64,000 nt of DNA from NCBI GenBank assembly GCA_963709585.1, contig CAVPXI010000006.1:96001-160000 (forward strand). The letters are read 5' to 3'. The translations under genes and the position numbers were made by a program. Shown in pieces: positions 43,030 through 54,440 of the stretch. The notes below the pieces were generated by a model that searched no databases, had not been told where the DNA came from, and saw nothing but the letters and a program-made list of their open reading frames with translations. The DNA comes from Candidatus Dormiibacterota bacterium (GTDB taxonomy: Bacteria; Chloroflexota; Dormibacteria; Aeolococcales; Aeolococcaceae). The first letter of the stretch is position 1. Each line of letters begins with the position of its first letter.

Positions 43030-43365
43030 TCAGCCGCTCAGCGTGGCGGGCTGGTGGCGCCGGCCCTTTGCGATCGCCACGCTGACCGCGGTCGCCGCGG
43101 CAAGCGTCACCACCACACCTCCGGCGACTGCCTGGACCCTGCGATCGAGTCCGATCGCCCGGATGCGGACGCCGAAACCGGAAGCGTCGACGATCGCCAG
43201 CGCCGCCGAATAGACGTCGGCTCGCTTACCCGGATCGAGCGTCCACCCCGCCAGTGCCCCCCCGACCTCGTCGCCGGTGTCGACCAGCCCGGGAACCTCG
43301 GGAGCTGCGGCGAATGCAGCCATGTTGCCCGCGAGCGCGGCATCGAGGCGATCCTCGATGTTCAT
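43030..43365 (-). CDS. Small single-TM protein, putative anti-sigma
   Basis: ATGA overlap with ECF sigma stop; C-terminal TM helix. Confidence 0.6.
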   Translation of the reverse strand: MNIEDRLDAALAGNMAAFAAAPEVPGLVDTGDEVGGALAGWTLDPGKRADVYSAALAIVDASGFGVRIRAIGLDRRVQAVAGGVVVTLAAATAVSVAIAKGRRHQPATLSG

Positions 43366-43943
43366 GAGCCCGACCTCGAGAGCCGTTCTGCAGGCAACGG
43401 AGCGCCGAGGCTGCGCCGCAGCGCGGTCAACGCTCGGAAGGTGAGCAGCTTGACCGCGCCGTCGCTCCTCCCCATGATCTCGGCGATCTCCCGGTTTCGA
43501 AGGTCGCCGCCGAAGCGCAGCAGGATCGCCTGACGCTGGTCGTGGGGCAGGACCGCGACCGCGGCGCGCACCTCGTGGGCGCGGTCGTTTTCCTCGGCGT
43601 GCAGAGCGGGGTCGGCGCCGGCGTCGGGAAGCATCCGCGGTTCGAGCTCGATCCAGCCCGGCCGGCGGCGCTCCCTGGCGACCAGGTTGCCTGCAACGCG
43701 GTAGAGCCATGCCGAGTACGGAACCCCGCGCCACTGAAAGCGCGGAAGCTCCTCGATCGCCTTGGCGAAGGTTGCGGCGGTCACGTCGTCGGCCTGCTCC
43801 ATGTTGTGGGTGAGTGTGTAGACGTAGGCATGGATCTGGTCGACGTAGCGCTCGTAGAGCGGCGCGAACGCCGCCCGGTCGCGCTGCGCGGCCAGGACCT
43901 CCAGCCGCTCCTCCTCGAGCTCCGCAGCGGTGCGATGGGCCAT
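43362..43943 (-). CDS. ECF sigma factor
   Basis: AFAPLYERY, WLYRVAGN, EIAEIMGRSDGAVK. Confidence 0.9.
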   Translation of the reverse strand: MAHRTAAELEEERLEVLAAQRDRAAFAPLYERYVDQIHAYVYTLTHNMEQADDVTAATFAKAIEELPRFQWRGVPYSAWLYRVAGNLVARERRRPGWIELEPRMLPDAGADPALHAEENDRAHEVRAAVAVLPHDQRQAILLRFGGDLRNREIAEIMGRSDGAVKLLTFRALTALRRSLGAPLPAERLSRSGS

Positions 43944-44003
43944 CTCTACCGCTGCCTTCCCTGCGAAGGACGCATTTCGCAGAAGCGTGTTGCTGCCATC
44001 GGG

Positions 44004-45236
44004 TTACGCCTGACGGCGCCCTCCGATCAGTCCGAGGCGCGTGCCAACCTCCTCGAAGGCGAGCAGCGCCCGGTCGAGCTGTTCGTGGGTGTGGGTCGCG
44101 CAGACGATCGTCCGCACCCGCGCCCTGCCTCGAGCGACGGTGGGAAACCCGATGCCCTGGGCGAAAACGCCGCGCTCGAGCAGCATGTCGGAGAGCTCCA
44201 TTGCCACCGGGGCTTCGCCGCACATCACCGGCGTGATCGGGGTCTCACTCTGGCCGATATCGAAGCCGAGCTCGCGGAGCCCGCTCTTGAAGTGGCGGGT
44301 ATTGCTCCAGAGCTGCTCCATGAGCTGGGGTTCCTGCTCGAGCACGTCGACGGCCGCGATGCACGCAGCGACCACGGCGGGTGGATGCGAGGACGAGAAC
44401 AGGAACGGCCGCGACTTGTGGATGAGATGGTCGCGAACAATCTGTGTCGAGGCGACATAGCCACCGACCACACCGACCGCCTTGCTCAGGGTGCCGATGT
44501 TCAGCGCAACCCTGCCGTGCAGGCCGAAGTGGTCGGTGGTGCCCCGCCCGTTGGTGCCGAGCACGCCGGTCGCGTGCGCATCGTCGACCATCACCGCGGC
44601 CCCGTACTGCTCGGCGCGCTCGACAAGGTCGGGCAGCGGAGCTATGTCCCCATCCATGCTGAAGACACCGTCGCTCACCAGTAGGATGCGCCGGTACCCC
44701 TTGTTTCGAGCCTCGCTGAGCGCGCGCTCGGCATCGTCCGGGTCGGCGTGCTCGTAGAGAATCCGATCCGCTTTGGTCAAGCGGATGCCGTCGATGATGC
44801 TCGCATGGTTCAGCTTGTCGCTGACCACGCAGTCACCCTGCTCGAGCATCGAACCGATGACACCGACGTTCACTGCATAGCCGCTCTGGAAGGTGAGCGA
44901 CGCTTCGGTGCGCTTGAACGCCGCGAGCCGGCGTTCCAACTCCTGGTGGAGCGTCTGCGTGCCCGCGATGGTGCGCACCGCCCCGGTGCCCGCGCCCCAT
45001 TCGAGCGCCGCGCGCGACGCCGCCTCGACCAGTCGCGGATGCGTGTTCAAGCCGAGATAGTTGTTGCTGGAAAGGCTGATCACCGCCTTGCCGGCGATAT
45101 CCACCTCCGGCCCCTGCGCCGATTCGAGGACACGCAGGGGACGGAACAGTCCGTCGCGCCGCAGCGCGTCAAGATCCTCGTTCAGGGATGCGTCGAGTGC
45201 CTGGACGGCTTTCGATGTGCCCGCGCTCGTCACCAT
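44004..45236 (-). CDS. kbl: Glycine C-acetyltransferase (2-amino-3-ketobutyrate CoA ligase)
   Basis: SSNNYLGL, LNHASIIDG, DGVFSMDGD, DDAHATG, TLSKA; downstream of tdh. Confidence 0.85.
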   Translation of the reverse strand: MVTSAGTSKAVQALDASLNEDLDALRRDGLFRPLRVLESAQGPEVDIAGKAVISLSSNNYLGLNTHPRLVEAASRAALEWGAGTGAVRTIAGTQTLHQELERRLAAFKRTEASLTFQSGYAVNVGVIGSMLEQGDCVVSDKLNHASIIDGIRLTKADRILYEHADPDDAERALSEARNKGYRRILLVSDGVFSMDGDIAPLPDLVERAEQYGAAVMVDDAHATGVLGTNGRGTTDHFGLHGRVALNIGTLSKAVGVVGGYVASTQIVRDHLIHKSRPFLFSSSHPPAVVAACIAAVDVLEQEPQLMEQLWSNTRHFKSGLRELGFDIGQSETPITPVMCGEAPVAMELSDMLLERGVFAQGIGFPTVARGRARVRTIVCATHTHEQLDRALLAFEEVGTRLGLIGGRRQA

Positions 45237-45261
45237 GCGTTCAACGATACCCCGAGTGTCG

Positions 45262-46289
45262 CTACTCGGGCGTGAGGGTCACCTTCCCGCATTGCCCTGA
45301 CTTCATCAGCTCGATCGCGCCATCGATGTCGCGCAGCGCGAAGTGGTGGGTGATCAGCGTGCGCACGTCGATCACGCCGTCTTCGACGTATGCGGTCACC
45401 TGCTTCCAGGTCGCGGGGATGCGCCGCCGGCGATGCCGTACAGGCTCAGACCCTTCATAACCACATCGCTGGAGAGGTCGACGACGTCCAGTCCGTCGCC
45501 GATGCCGAGCAGGCTGATCCAGCCCCCGGGTCGCACGAGACGGGTCGCCGACGCGACCGCAACCGGTGACCCGCTCATCTCCAGCACGCAGTCGATGCCG
45601 GCGCCGGCGGCGCGACGCACGGCGTCATCAGAGGCGTCATCGGTCGCCCGGACGACCGCGTCGGCGCCCATACGCTCGGCGAGGTCGAGTCGATACGCAT
45701 TGCGGTCGACGCCGACGATGCGCGCCGCGCCCTGGACCCGCGCCACGGCGATCGCCGCGCAGCCGATCGGCCCGCAGCCGAACACCACGACCGTGCGTCC
45801 GAGGAGCTCGCCGTACGAGCAGGCGTGCACCGCGTTGCCGAACGGCTCCATGGCGGCGGCGACGTCGGCGGCGACCGCGTCGCTGACCGGCCACACGTTT
45901 TCCTCAGGCACCACGAGATGGGTTGCGAACGCCCCGTCGACGTCGACGCCGATGATACGGGTGTTCTCGCACACGTGGAAGTCGCCGCGACGGCACTCGT
46001 CGCAGTGACCGCACACGATGTGGGACTCGACCGCCACGCGAGTCCCGAGCGGCGGGCCGTGAACGCCGTCACCCCTGGCAACGACCTCGCCGCAGACCTC
46101 GTGACCGACCACGCGCGGCGGATGCACGCGTGCCGCGGCCCAGGGGTTCCAGTCGTAGAGGTGCACGTCGGTACCGCACACCGATGCCGCGACGACGCGG
46201 AGCAGCACCTCGCCGGCCGTTGGTGACGGCATCGGGACGTCGCCAACCACGAACCCGGGCGCAGGCGTCGGTTTGAGAATTGCGAGCAC
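45262..46289 (-). CDS. tdh: L-threonine 3-dehydrogenase; -1 frameshift at ~45427
   Basis: CGTDVH..WNPWA, GHE, ESHIVCG, EPFGNAVH, LEMSG; tail ITHHFAL..SGQCGKV in second frame. Confidence 0.88.
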
Positions 46290-46421
46290 GGCGCCGTGAT
46301 TATGCGTTCGAGCCCCGGAGCGCCGGGTCACCGTCTGCGCGGCGTCCGCCGAGCCCGGAGAGACTGCGGCGCATCGCGGCGATGCCTCGCCGCACAGACA
46401 GAGGCGCGGGAGGACACACGC

Positions 46422-46904
46422 ATGCTCGATGGCATTGACCGGCCGGCTCCAGGGCTACGACGCCCTCGCCGGATCCCGGTCGAGGACCTCAGCGTCTACG
46501 AAGGTCGGGGCGGGCACACCCTGCGCCGCCACGTCGACACCCGGCCCGGCGACGAGATGCGCCGCATCCTTCGCGAGGGCGTCGCGGCCGCCGGGCGATT
46601 CGTGAGTCGCGCCACCGCGCAGCGGTGCGTCGATATCGCGGTGACACGGCGCAGCTCGGACATCGCCGCCTGGCTCGGCGGCAGAGACCGCGGCGCCCCC
46701 TACAGCTTCGTCGAGGACATGGGCGAGGTGGTCGGTCACGTGCTGACCTACGCGGAGGTGAGCCGGGGCGTGGTCGTCCCCACCCAGGTGACCGCGGTCC
46801 GGCTGGTCCTGCGCCGCAACGACGAACTGCCCGGCGGGTTCACGCTGGTGACCGCCTACCCGACACGTTCCCCGTATCGGGACAAGAGACACAAGGAGCG
46901 CTGA
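46422..46904 (+). CDS. RNase A-like (CdiA-CT Ykris-type) nuclease toxin, stand-alone
   Basis: GGAGG RBS; EGRGGHTLRRHV and FTLVTAYP motifs. Confidence 0.78.
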   Translation: MLDGIDRPAPGLRRPRRIPVEDLSVYEGRGGHTLRRHVDTRPGDEMRRILREGVAAAGRFVSRATAQRCVDIAVTRRSSDIAAWLGGRDRGAPYSFVEDMGEVVGHVLTYAEVSRGVVVPTQVTAVRLVLRRNDELPGGFTLVTAYPTRSPYRDKRHKER

Positions 46905-46906
46905 CA

Positions 46907-47248
46907 ATGAACGGCATCATCGATATCGACATCGCGATCGACAAAGCCGCGACCAACTATCCCGCACTCGCGCAGCTGCTCGCCGGCTACTACCACCAGG
47001 ATTGGCGCGAGGATCACGCCACTCCGGATGCCGCGTTGCATGCGTTTGCGGACGACGCGTCGCCGGACACGGTTGCTGCCGCGGCCGGTGATATCGATCG
47101 CCTGCTCAACGCGGGTTTCGACGACGCCGGCCTGGCACGCGTCCTCGCCGACGGATTCGACTGCAATTTCGTCCCGGTCGCGAACGGTCTCACGCCCGCC
47201 GGATGGCTGATCCACGTTCGCGACACGCTCCGCCCTTCGGGATCCTGA
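46907..47248 (+). CDS. CdiI-like immunity protein
   Basis: AAGGAG RBS; YPALAQLLAGYYHQDW...GWL motif; directly after toxin. Confidence 0.8.
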   Translation: MNGIIDIDIAIDKAATNYPALAQLLAGYYHQDWREDHATPDAALHAFADDASPDTVAAAAGDIDRLLNAGFDDAGLARVLADGFDCNFVPVANGLTPAGWLIHVRDTLRPSGS

Positions 47249-47257
47249 GCCTGCCGG

Positions 47258-48098
47258 TCACCGTGCCCGCGGCGACGCCGCGACCCGCTGGAAGAGGGCC
47301 GCGAAATGCACCAACGCCGTGGGCACGAGTGTCGGGATCCCGATGACCAGCGCGACGATGTCAACGGGCCCGCCGAAGAGTCGCACCCAGTAGAGAATGA
47401 AGAGCACGATCCCGGTGAGTCCCGTGTTGCGCCTGCCCCACACCGTGTGCACCAACTCCGGACGCCTGCCAGTCAGGAGCACCAACGGGGTCAACATCGC
47501 CGGTCCCGCGTAGCGCACGACGATCAGCACCGCCAACCAGAGGGGGACGATACCGAGCGCCAGGGACCCGATCGCTCCGACCACAAAGTACAAGGCGTCA
47601 CCGAACGGGTCCATCGCTTTCCCGAGAACGGTGACCGGACCGTATCGGCGGGCGATGAAGCCGTCGACCGCGTCCAGAAGGCCGACCGAACCGCCGATCC
47701 CGCCCCAGAGCGCGAGACCGAGGCGCCCCGGCAGCGATAGGGTTCCGATCAAGAGAACGGGGACACACGCATACCCGCGCAGTGCGGTCAGACCGTTGGG
47801 GATGCCGTAGCGATCCACCGGGTTCCCGTCCGGTGTTCGAAGCAGCGCGGCGCCGCCGACGACGCCGATCGTGACCGCGAGCCACCACACGGCGGTGGCG
47901 ACGACCGCGAGCGCGAGCGTGCCGTGGCCGTGCACCAGCGCGACATCGCTGCTCAGGGCTTCGGTGAGCACGAGCCCGAGCAGTGTCCAGAAGAGCAACG
48001 ATCGACGCAGGCGCGCGCTGCCGCGAAGGCGGGCGAGCGCCGTCCCGTAAAGGCCGGCTAGTCCACCCAGCCCCGGGCTCCGGTCGGCTGCCGCGACG
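47258..48098 (-). CDS. CDP-alcohol phosphatidyltransferase family protein (start uncertain)
   Basis: PNGLTALR, DAVDGFIARR...LGKAMDPFGD. Confidence 0.85.
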
Positions 48099-48104
48099 TC
48101 GGGA

Positions 48105-48332
48105 TCAGACCGCGAGGCACGTGATCGTCTTGACCACGCCGTCCGCGGACTGGATCCGATCGAGGATGAGACGTCCGATACCGGGGACGTCCGCTGCCTC
48201 GACCTGGGCGATGACGTCGTATTCGCCGGTGATCGCGTCCACCAGGACGACACCGTCGCTGCCTCGCAGGGCGTCGGCCACGTGTTGTGCCTTGCCGGCG
48301 GTGGCGGTCACCAGCACATATGCACGAATCAT
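48105..48332 (-). CDS. Lrp/AsnC ligand-binding domain protein
   Basis: RAYVLV, ITGEYDVIA, GVVKTITC. Confidence 0.85.
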   Translation of the reverse strand: MIRAYVLVTATAGKAQHVADALRGSDGVVLVDAITGEYDVIAQVEAADVPGIGRLILDRIQSADGVVKTITCLAV

Positions 48333-48380
48333 CTCGCTGCTCCCCACGGTTGAAACGCTCGGCGACTGTAGCATGGGTAC

Positions 48381-48791
48381 ATGCCGTGGGCCATCGTCAT
48401 CCGGCTCCTCGCCCGGCTCGCGGCGAGCCTGTTTTTCTGGCGGATAGCCACCAGCCGGAGAAGGGCCTTTGCGGGCGGTCAGGCAGTCCCCGGCGCCACG
48501 CCGAAAGCGCGCATCGACGCGCAGGCCGCGGTCATGGCGCTCCGGGCCTCGATCCTGTTGACGTGGCGAGCGCTGCTGGCTGCGACGTTCCTGGCGGCAA
48601 CCGTCGTTCTGGTCGTCGCCGGTGTGACTATCGTTGTCCTGACCCCACGCTGGCTCGGCGCGCTCCTGCTCGCCGGGGCGGTGGCGGCGGGCGCCGCAGC
48701 GTGGTTCGAAGGGCGCGTGGTCATCGTCGCGATGCGCATGCGCAGGCGCAGGCGCCGCGACGAGCGTCTCCGCAAAACAGCGACCTCCTAG
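48381..48791 (+). CDS. Hypothetical membrane protein
   Basis: Hydrophobic helices with basic C-terminus. Confidence 0.6.
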   Translation: MPWAIVIRLLARLAASLFFWRIATSRRRAFAGGQAVPGATPKARIDAQAAVMALRASILLTWRALLAATFLAATVVLVVAGVTIVVLTPRWLGALLLAGAVAAGAAAWFEGRVVIVAMRMRRRRRRDERLRKTATS

Positions 48792-48940
48792 GACCGCCGT
48801 GCGTGGCGGAGCGGGAGGGGTCACCCGCGCCACTGCTCAGCTTGTCAGCGCCCTCCTTCGCGCAAGCATATTGTCGCGCTCTCTCGGGCGCTGCCAAATT
48901 CGCTGTTTCGCGGGTGACCCCTCCCGCTCCGAGGCCTTGC

Positions 48941-50308
48941 TCAGCTCAGGTACGGAGCTACGCCTTCGCCCTGCTCGGCGGCGTCCATCATCAACTCGCT
49001 CACCGTGGGGTGCGCGTGAATGATCGAGCCGAGATCGTCCATCGACAAACCGTCACTGATCGCGACACCCACCTCGTGGATGATCTCCACCGCGTGGACT
49101 CCCATGATTGTGGCGCCCACCAGCCGGTCGGTGGCTGTGTCCGCGTAGAGCTGGGCGAGCCCGTCAGGCTCGCCTTCGCCGAGCGCTTTGCCGTTGCCGA
49201 GGTAGCGGGCTTGGCCGAGCTTGAGCTCGATACCGGCGGCGTTCGCTGCCTCTGGGTTCAGGCCAACCATGGCAATTTCTGGATGCGTGTAGATGCAGGA
49301 CGGCACCACGGTTCGGTCCATGGGCATCACGAAGTGACCGAGGGCATTCTCGACGGCGCGGCCGCCTTCTGCGCTGCCGAGGTGCGCCAGTTGCAGGCCA
49401 CCGATACAGTCCCCGGCTCCCCAGATCTTCGGGTTCGCGGTGCGCAAGAATGCGTCCACCTCGATGTGGTCGCGATCGTTGATGCCGACTCCCGCATCCT
49501 CGAGGCCGATCCCGCGGGTTTGCGAGCGACGGCCGACCGAGACGAGCAGCAGATCGGCGTCGATCGCGGTGCCGTCGTCGAGGTGGGCTTTGACGGCGTC
49601 CGTGGCGTAGTCGACTGATTCGACGCGACGCCCGGGAAGGAATGTGATCCCCTGCTTTTCGACGATGCGGCGCCACTGCTGGACGATGCGCGCGTCGACA
49701 CCGGCAAGGACCTGGGGGAGCACCTCGACCACCGTGATCCGCGATCCGAGCGCAGCGAACAGGCTCGCGAATTCGCAGCCGACGACTCCCCCGCCGATCA
49801 CGAGCATGTGGTCGGGGATACGCTCCAGCCGGAGAATCCCGTTGGACGTGACCACGCGGGGATGCTCCATGTCGATGCCGGGCAGCCCCGATGGCTCGGT
49901 GCCGACGCAGACGATGAGGTGATCGAACTCGTGGCGCTCCTCGCCGGTGACCACCGCGTCGCCATCGACCACGCCCTGGGCGCGAACCACTTTCACGCCA
50001 CGCCGCTTGCAGGCAGCCTCGACGCCCTTGCGCATGGTGAGCACGACCTCTTCCTTGCGTTCCATCATCCGCGGGAAATCCACCTCGGGTTCGGGGACGC
50101 GAATGCCGAACGAGGCGGCGTCGCGGATCTTGCGCAGCAAGTCGGCTCCCGCGAGCAACGACTTGGTGGGAATGCACCCCCAGTTCAGGCAGGTTCCGCC
50201 CAACTCGGCGCGTTCGATGAGAGTCACCTCCGCACCCAGTTGCGCGGCGCGAAGCGCGGCGACATCGCCGGCGGGTCCACCGCCGAGCACCACGACGCGC
50301 TGGGTCAT
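48941..50308 (-). CDS. lpdA: Dihydrolipoyl dehydrogenase (E3)
   Basis: GGTCLNWGCIPTK, IGGGVVGCE, HAHPTVSE. Confidence 0.95.
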   Translation of the reverse strand: MTQRVVVLGGGPAGDVAALRAAQLGAEVTLIERAELGGTCLNWGCIPTKSLLAGADLLRKIRDAASFGIRVPEPEVDFPRMMERKEEVVLTMRKGVEAACKRRGVKVVRAQGVVDGDAVVTGEERHEFDHLIVCVGTEPSGLPGIDMEHPRVVTSNGILRLERIPDHMLVIGGGVVGCEFASLFAALGSRITVVEVLPQVLAGVDARIVQQWRRIVEKQGITFLPGRRVESVDYATDAVKAHLDDGTAIDADLLLVSVGRRSQTRGIGLEDAGVGINDRDHIEVDAFLRTANPKIWGAGDCIGGLQLAHLGSAEGGRAVENALGHFVMPMDRTVVPSCIYTHPEIAMVGLNPEAANAAGIELKLGQARYLGNGKALGEGEPDGLAQLYADTATDRLVGATIMGVHAVEIIHEVGVAISDGLSMDDLGSIIHAHPTVSELMMDAAEQGEGVAPYLS

Positions 50309-53300
50309 GCCGTGGTCTGGGTGGCCGCAGGCGCGGCGGCAAGTGACCCGGTGCCGGCGCGCCGTGACGTGGCGAACGCGTCGGTGACGATGCGTTCCTG
50401 CTCGAGTTGATGAGAGCCCGCGTATCCCTCGGAGGGACTGGCGCGGCGCGACCTGCCGATGTAGTCCCACTGGATGTGCGAGGGTCGTGCAAGACCGAGC
50501 GCGCGCTCGAGGCTCCCCCACGCCCCCATGTTCTGCGGCTCCTCCTGAACCCAGTACAGACGCTCGAGCTTCGGATACGAGGCCACCAGCTCGAGGATTG
50601 CGTCGACCGGTAGCGGGTAGAGTTGCTCAACGCGTGCGATGGCCACGTCGGTGGCGTCCGCGCGTCGCGGCGACAGGATCAGCTCGTAGTAGATCCGGCC
50701 CGAGCAGAGCAGCAGCGAGCGCACCTCCTCGCGACGTTCGTCCCCGGTGGGATCGTCAATCACCGCCAGGAACCTGCCGGTGCTCAGGTCGGAGAGCTTG
50801 GAGGTCGATTCCTTCAGACGCAGCAGGCTCTTCGGCGTGAAGATGACCAGCGGCCGGGGGTCGTTGAGCAGTCCCTGGCTGCGCAACAGGTGGAAATACT
50901 GCGCGGGCGTCGTGCAGTTCGCCAAACGCATGTTGTCGTTCGCGCAGAGTTGCAGGAAGCGCTCGATGCGCGCGCTCGAGTGCTCCGGACCGCTGCCCTC
51001 ATAGCCGTGGGGCAGGAGCATCGTCAACCGTGAGTGCTGACCCCACTTGGCGCGGGCCGATGAGACGAACTGGTCGACGATCATTTCCGCGTTGTTGAAG
51101 AAGTCGCCGTACTGCGCCTCCCAGATGACCAGCGTCTCCGGGTCGGCGGCGCTGTACCCGTACTCGAACCCCAGGCACCCCACCTCGCTGAGCGGGCTGT
51201 TCAGCACCTCGAAGGTCGCCTGCGCATCGGTGAGGTGCTGCATGGGGATGAATACCTCGCCGTTGATCTCGTCGTGAAACGCAAGGTGGCGATGGCTGAA
51301 GGTGCCGCGAACCGTGTCCTGGCCGGTGAGGCGGATCGGATGACCCTGGGTGATGAGCGACGCGAACGCGAGCGCCTCGGCGGTCCCCCAGTCGATCGCG
51401 CCCTCGAGGATCGCCGACTTGCGCCGCTCCATCTGGCGGATCAGCTTGGCGTTGGGTGTGAAGTGCTTGGGGAAGGTGAGCAGCTGTTCGTTGAGCGCGG
51501 CGAGCTGACGGCCCGACACAGCCGTGCGCATCATCGGGTCGTCGGGCTCTTCGATCACCTGCTCGTGGGTGAGGTCGTCGAGCTCGGCGGCGAGGTGTTC
51601 CTTCACCCGCTTGTGCGCGTCCGCGATCCGTCCATAGATCGCTTTGGCCTGCGCTTCGGCGTCTTCGGGTCGGATCAGACCGTCGGCCACCAGTTGCGCG
51701 GCGAACAGCTCGCGGACGGTGGGGTGCTGACGGATCTTCAGGTACATGAGCGGCTGCGTGTACGCGGGTTCGTCGGCCTCGTTGTGGCCGAACCGCCGGT
51801 AGCCGATCAGGTGCACCATGACGTCGCGGCGATACGCCCGCCGGTAGTCGTAGGCGAAGGTGATCGCCGCCAGGCACGCTTCGACATCGTCGGCGTTGAC
51901 GTGCACGATCGGGATGTCGAAGCCCTTGGCCAGGTCGGACGCGTAGCGCGTCGACCGCCCCTCGAGCGGGTTGGTGGTGAAGCCCACCTGGTTGTCGGCG
52001 ATGAAATGCACGGTGCCACCGGTTGTGTATCCCGGGAGCGATTGCAGGTTGAGCACCTCCTGCACGATTCCCTGCCCGGCAAAGGCGGCGTCGCCGTGAA
52101 TCAGCACCGGGAGCGCCGCCATCGGATCGAGATGCAATGTCGTCGCGCGACGCTGAGTTTGCGCCGCCCGGCACCAACCTTCAACGACCGGGTCGATGGC
52201 TTCGAGGTGGCTCGGATTCGGCAGCAGGCGCACCAGGATCACCTTGCCGGTTTCGGTGTGGTATGTCCCGGTCGCGCCGACGTGGTACTTCACGTCGCCG
52301 GTCGAGTCGAAACGTGCGATGGCCCGCCGCGCCGAGGCGAGCTCGAATGCGTTGAGGATCGACTCGTACGAGTGATTGGCGACATGCGCGACCACCGCGA
52401 GGCGGCCGCGATGGGGCATGCCCATGACCACCTCGCCGATACCGTCATCCGCGACCCGGGTCATGAGGGTTTCGAGCATCGGCACGAGCGCGTCGAGTTC
52501 CTTCGAGTGAGAACGTTTTCTGCCCGAGGAACGCCGCGCGCTGGTATCGCTCCATGGTTTCGACCTTGGTGAGGCGCTCGAGGAGGCGGAGGCGGTCCTC
52601 GACCGTGAGCGCCGGCCGGTATTTGCCGGACTCGATGTGCTCACGCAGCCACACGCGCTGTTCATGGCTCGAGATGTGCTCGATCTCGAAGGCGATGGTG
52701 CTGCAGTACGTGCGCCGGAGATTCGGGAGCACCTCGGCCAGGTTGCGACCCGGGACATAGACGCGGAGCAGGTCGGCGGGGATCTGCTCCATCAACTCCT
52801 CGGTCAGGCCGTACGTCGACGGGTCCATCGCAGGATCGCCGATCGGCGGCGAGCCGAGCGGGTCGAGGTGGGCGCCGAGATGACCGTGAGTCCGGTGCGC
52901 CTTGACCAGCGACGTCGCCGCCTGCATCGCCGCGAGCAGGACGCGATCGGGTGCTCCTGCGGCAATCGATGCAGGCGATGCGAGCGGTGGCGAGGGTGGC
53001 GCGGTGGTGCGGAGCGGCGCCACCTCGAGAGCCGGCATGATCAGGCCAAGACTGGCGAAAACACGATCGTAGAAATCGCCGGCGCCGTCGAGCAGGGATT
53101 CGATGCGACCCAGGAACTCGCCGGACTCCGCCCCCTGGATGACTCGGTGGTCATAGGTGCTGGTCACGGTCATCACCTTGCCGACGCCGAGCTCGCGAAT
53201 GCTGTTCTCGGGAACGCCGCGCCACTCCGCGGGATAGCCGATGGCACCGACGGCGACGATCGTCCCCTGACCGGGCATGAGCCGCGGCACCGAGGCCACG

Positions 53301-54415
53301 GTGCCGATGCCACCGGGGTTGGTGAGCGTCAGGGTCGCGCCCTGGAGCTCGTCCGCGGAGAGCGCGTTGGTGCGAGCGCGTTCGATCAATCGCTCGTACT
53401 CGTCGCGGAACTCCTTGAACCCGAGTTCCGAGGCATTCCGGATGACCGGGACGACCAGCGAGCGCGACCCGTCCTTGCGGACGCTGTCCACGGCCAGGCC
53501 GAGGTGCGCTGCTCCGGCCACGCGTGCGGGTTTGCCGTCGTCGGTACGTGCGAAATGGGTCGTCATCGCCGGGCTCGCCTCGGCCGCCTGCGCGATCGCG
53601 TATCCGATCAGGTGGGTGAATGACACCTTGCCCGAGTTGCCACCGGCGGCGAGGGCACTGTTCAGCTGGCGCCGGCGGCTGTCGAGGACGTCGACACCGA
53701 CTGTGCGGAACGACGTCGCCGTCGGGATGTCGCGGCTGCGCTCCATGTAGTCGACCAGCGCCGCGGCCGGACCCCTGATCGGCTCGGCGTGCTCGCCGTC
53801 GACAACGCGCACGCTGGTGTCGTGTCGCGGTCCGCCCGTCCGGGCGACGAGCACATCCCCCTTGGTCACGATCCCGCCCGGGCCCGATCCGGGGACCGCG
53901 TGCAGATCGACGCCGTTTTTCGCGGCCTCGCGCCGCGCGAGCGGCGCGGCATCGACATCCGAGCTGTCCGAGGTGATGGTCGGTCTCGAGGCTACGGGGA
54001 CAGCCGGCGGCGTGGGTGGAGCCTGCGCGGGGGCGGGTTCCGGGACGCTGGGGGCGGGCGCCACAGCCTCGGTCCCAGCCGCTGCGGGCTCGGGCGCCAC
54101 GGCTTCGGTCTCCACCACTGCGGGCTCGGGTGGTGGCGCGGGCGCTGGCGCGGTTGCGGGAACCGCCGCGGGGCCCGGCGCGATGACCGCGAGCGTTGCG
54201 CCGACGGCGACCGTCTCGCCCTCGGCTGCGATGATCTCGGTGAGCCGTCCGGTTGCGGGCGCTGGCACTTCGATGTCGACCTTGTCGGTGGTCACCTCGA
54301 CAACCGGCTCACCCTCGTCGACGCTGTCCCCCACAGCCTTGAGCCAGCGGGACACGATCCCTTCCGAAACCGACTCACCCATCGCCGGGAGGGTCAGCGA
54401 AACAGGGTCAGCCAC
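50305..54415 (-). CDS. sucA: Multifunctional 2-oxoglutarate dehydrogenase: lipoyl + E3-binding + E2 + E1; +1 insertion at 52495-52500
   Basis: TTDKVD lipoyl site, GSGPGG..TKGDV PSBD, TYDHRVIQG, FSLEG, GMPHRGRL, HGDAAFAGQG, WEAQYGDF. Confidence 0.92.
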
Positions 54416-54440
54416 CCTTGAATCGTCTCACCTTCGCTCT

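Noticed and set aside
20405-45430. Frameshifts at ~20412, ~30520 and ~45427 as part of the GASTC pattern
   Set aside because: They are not in GAGTC/GACTC; they look like ordinary homopolymer or deletion errors, or real mutations.
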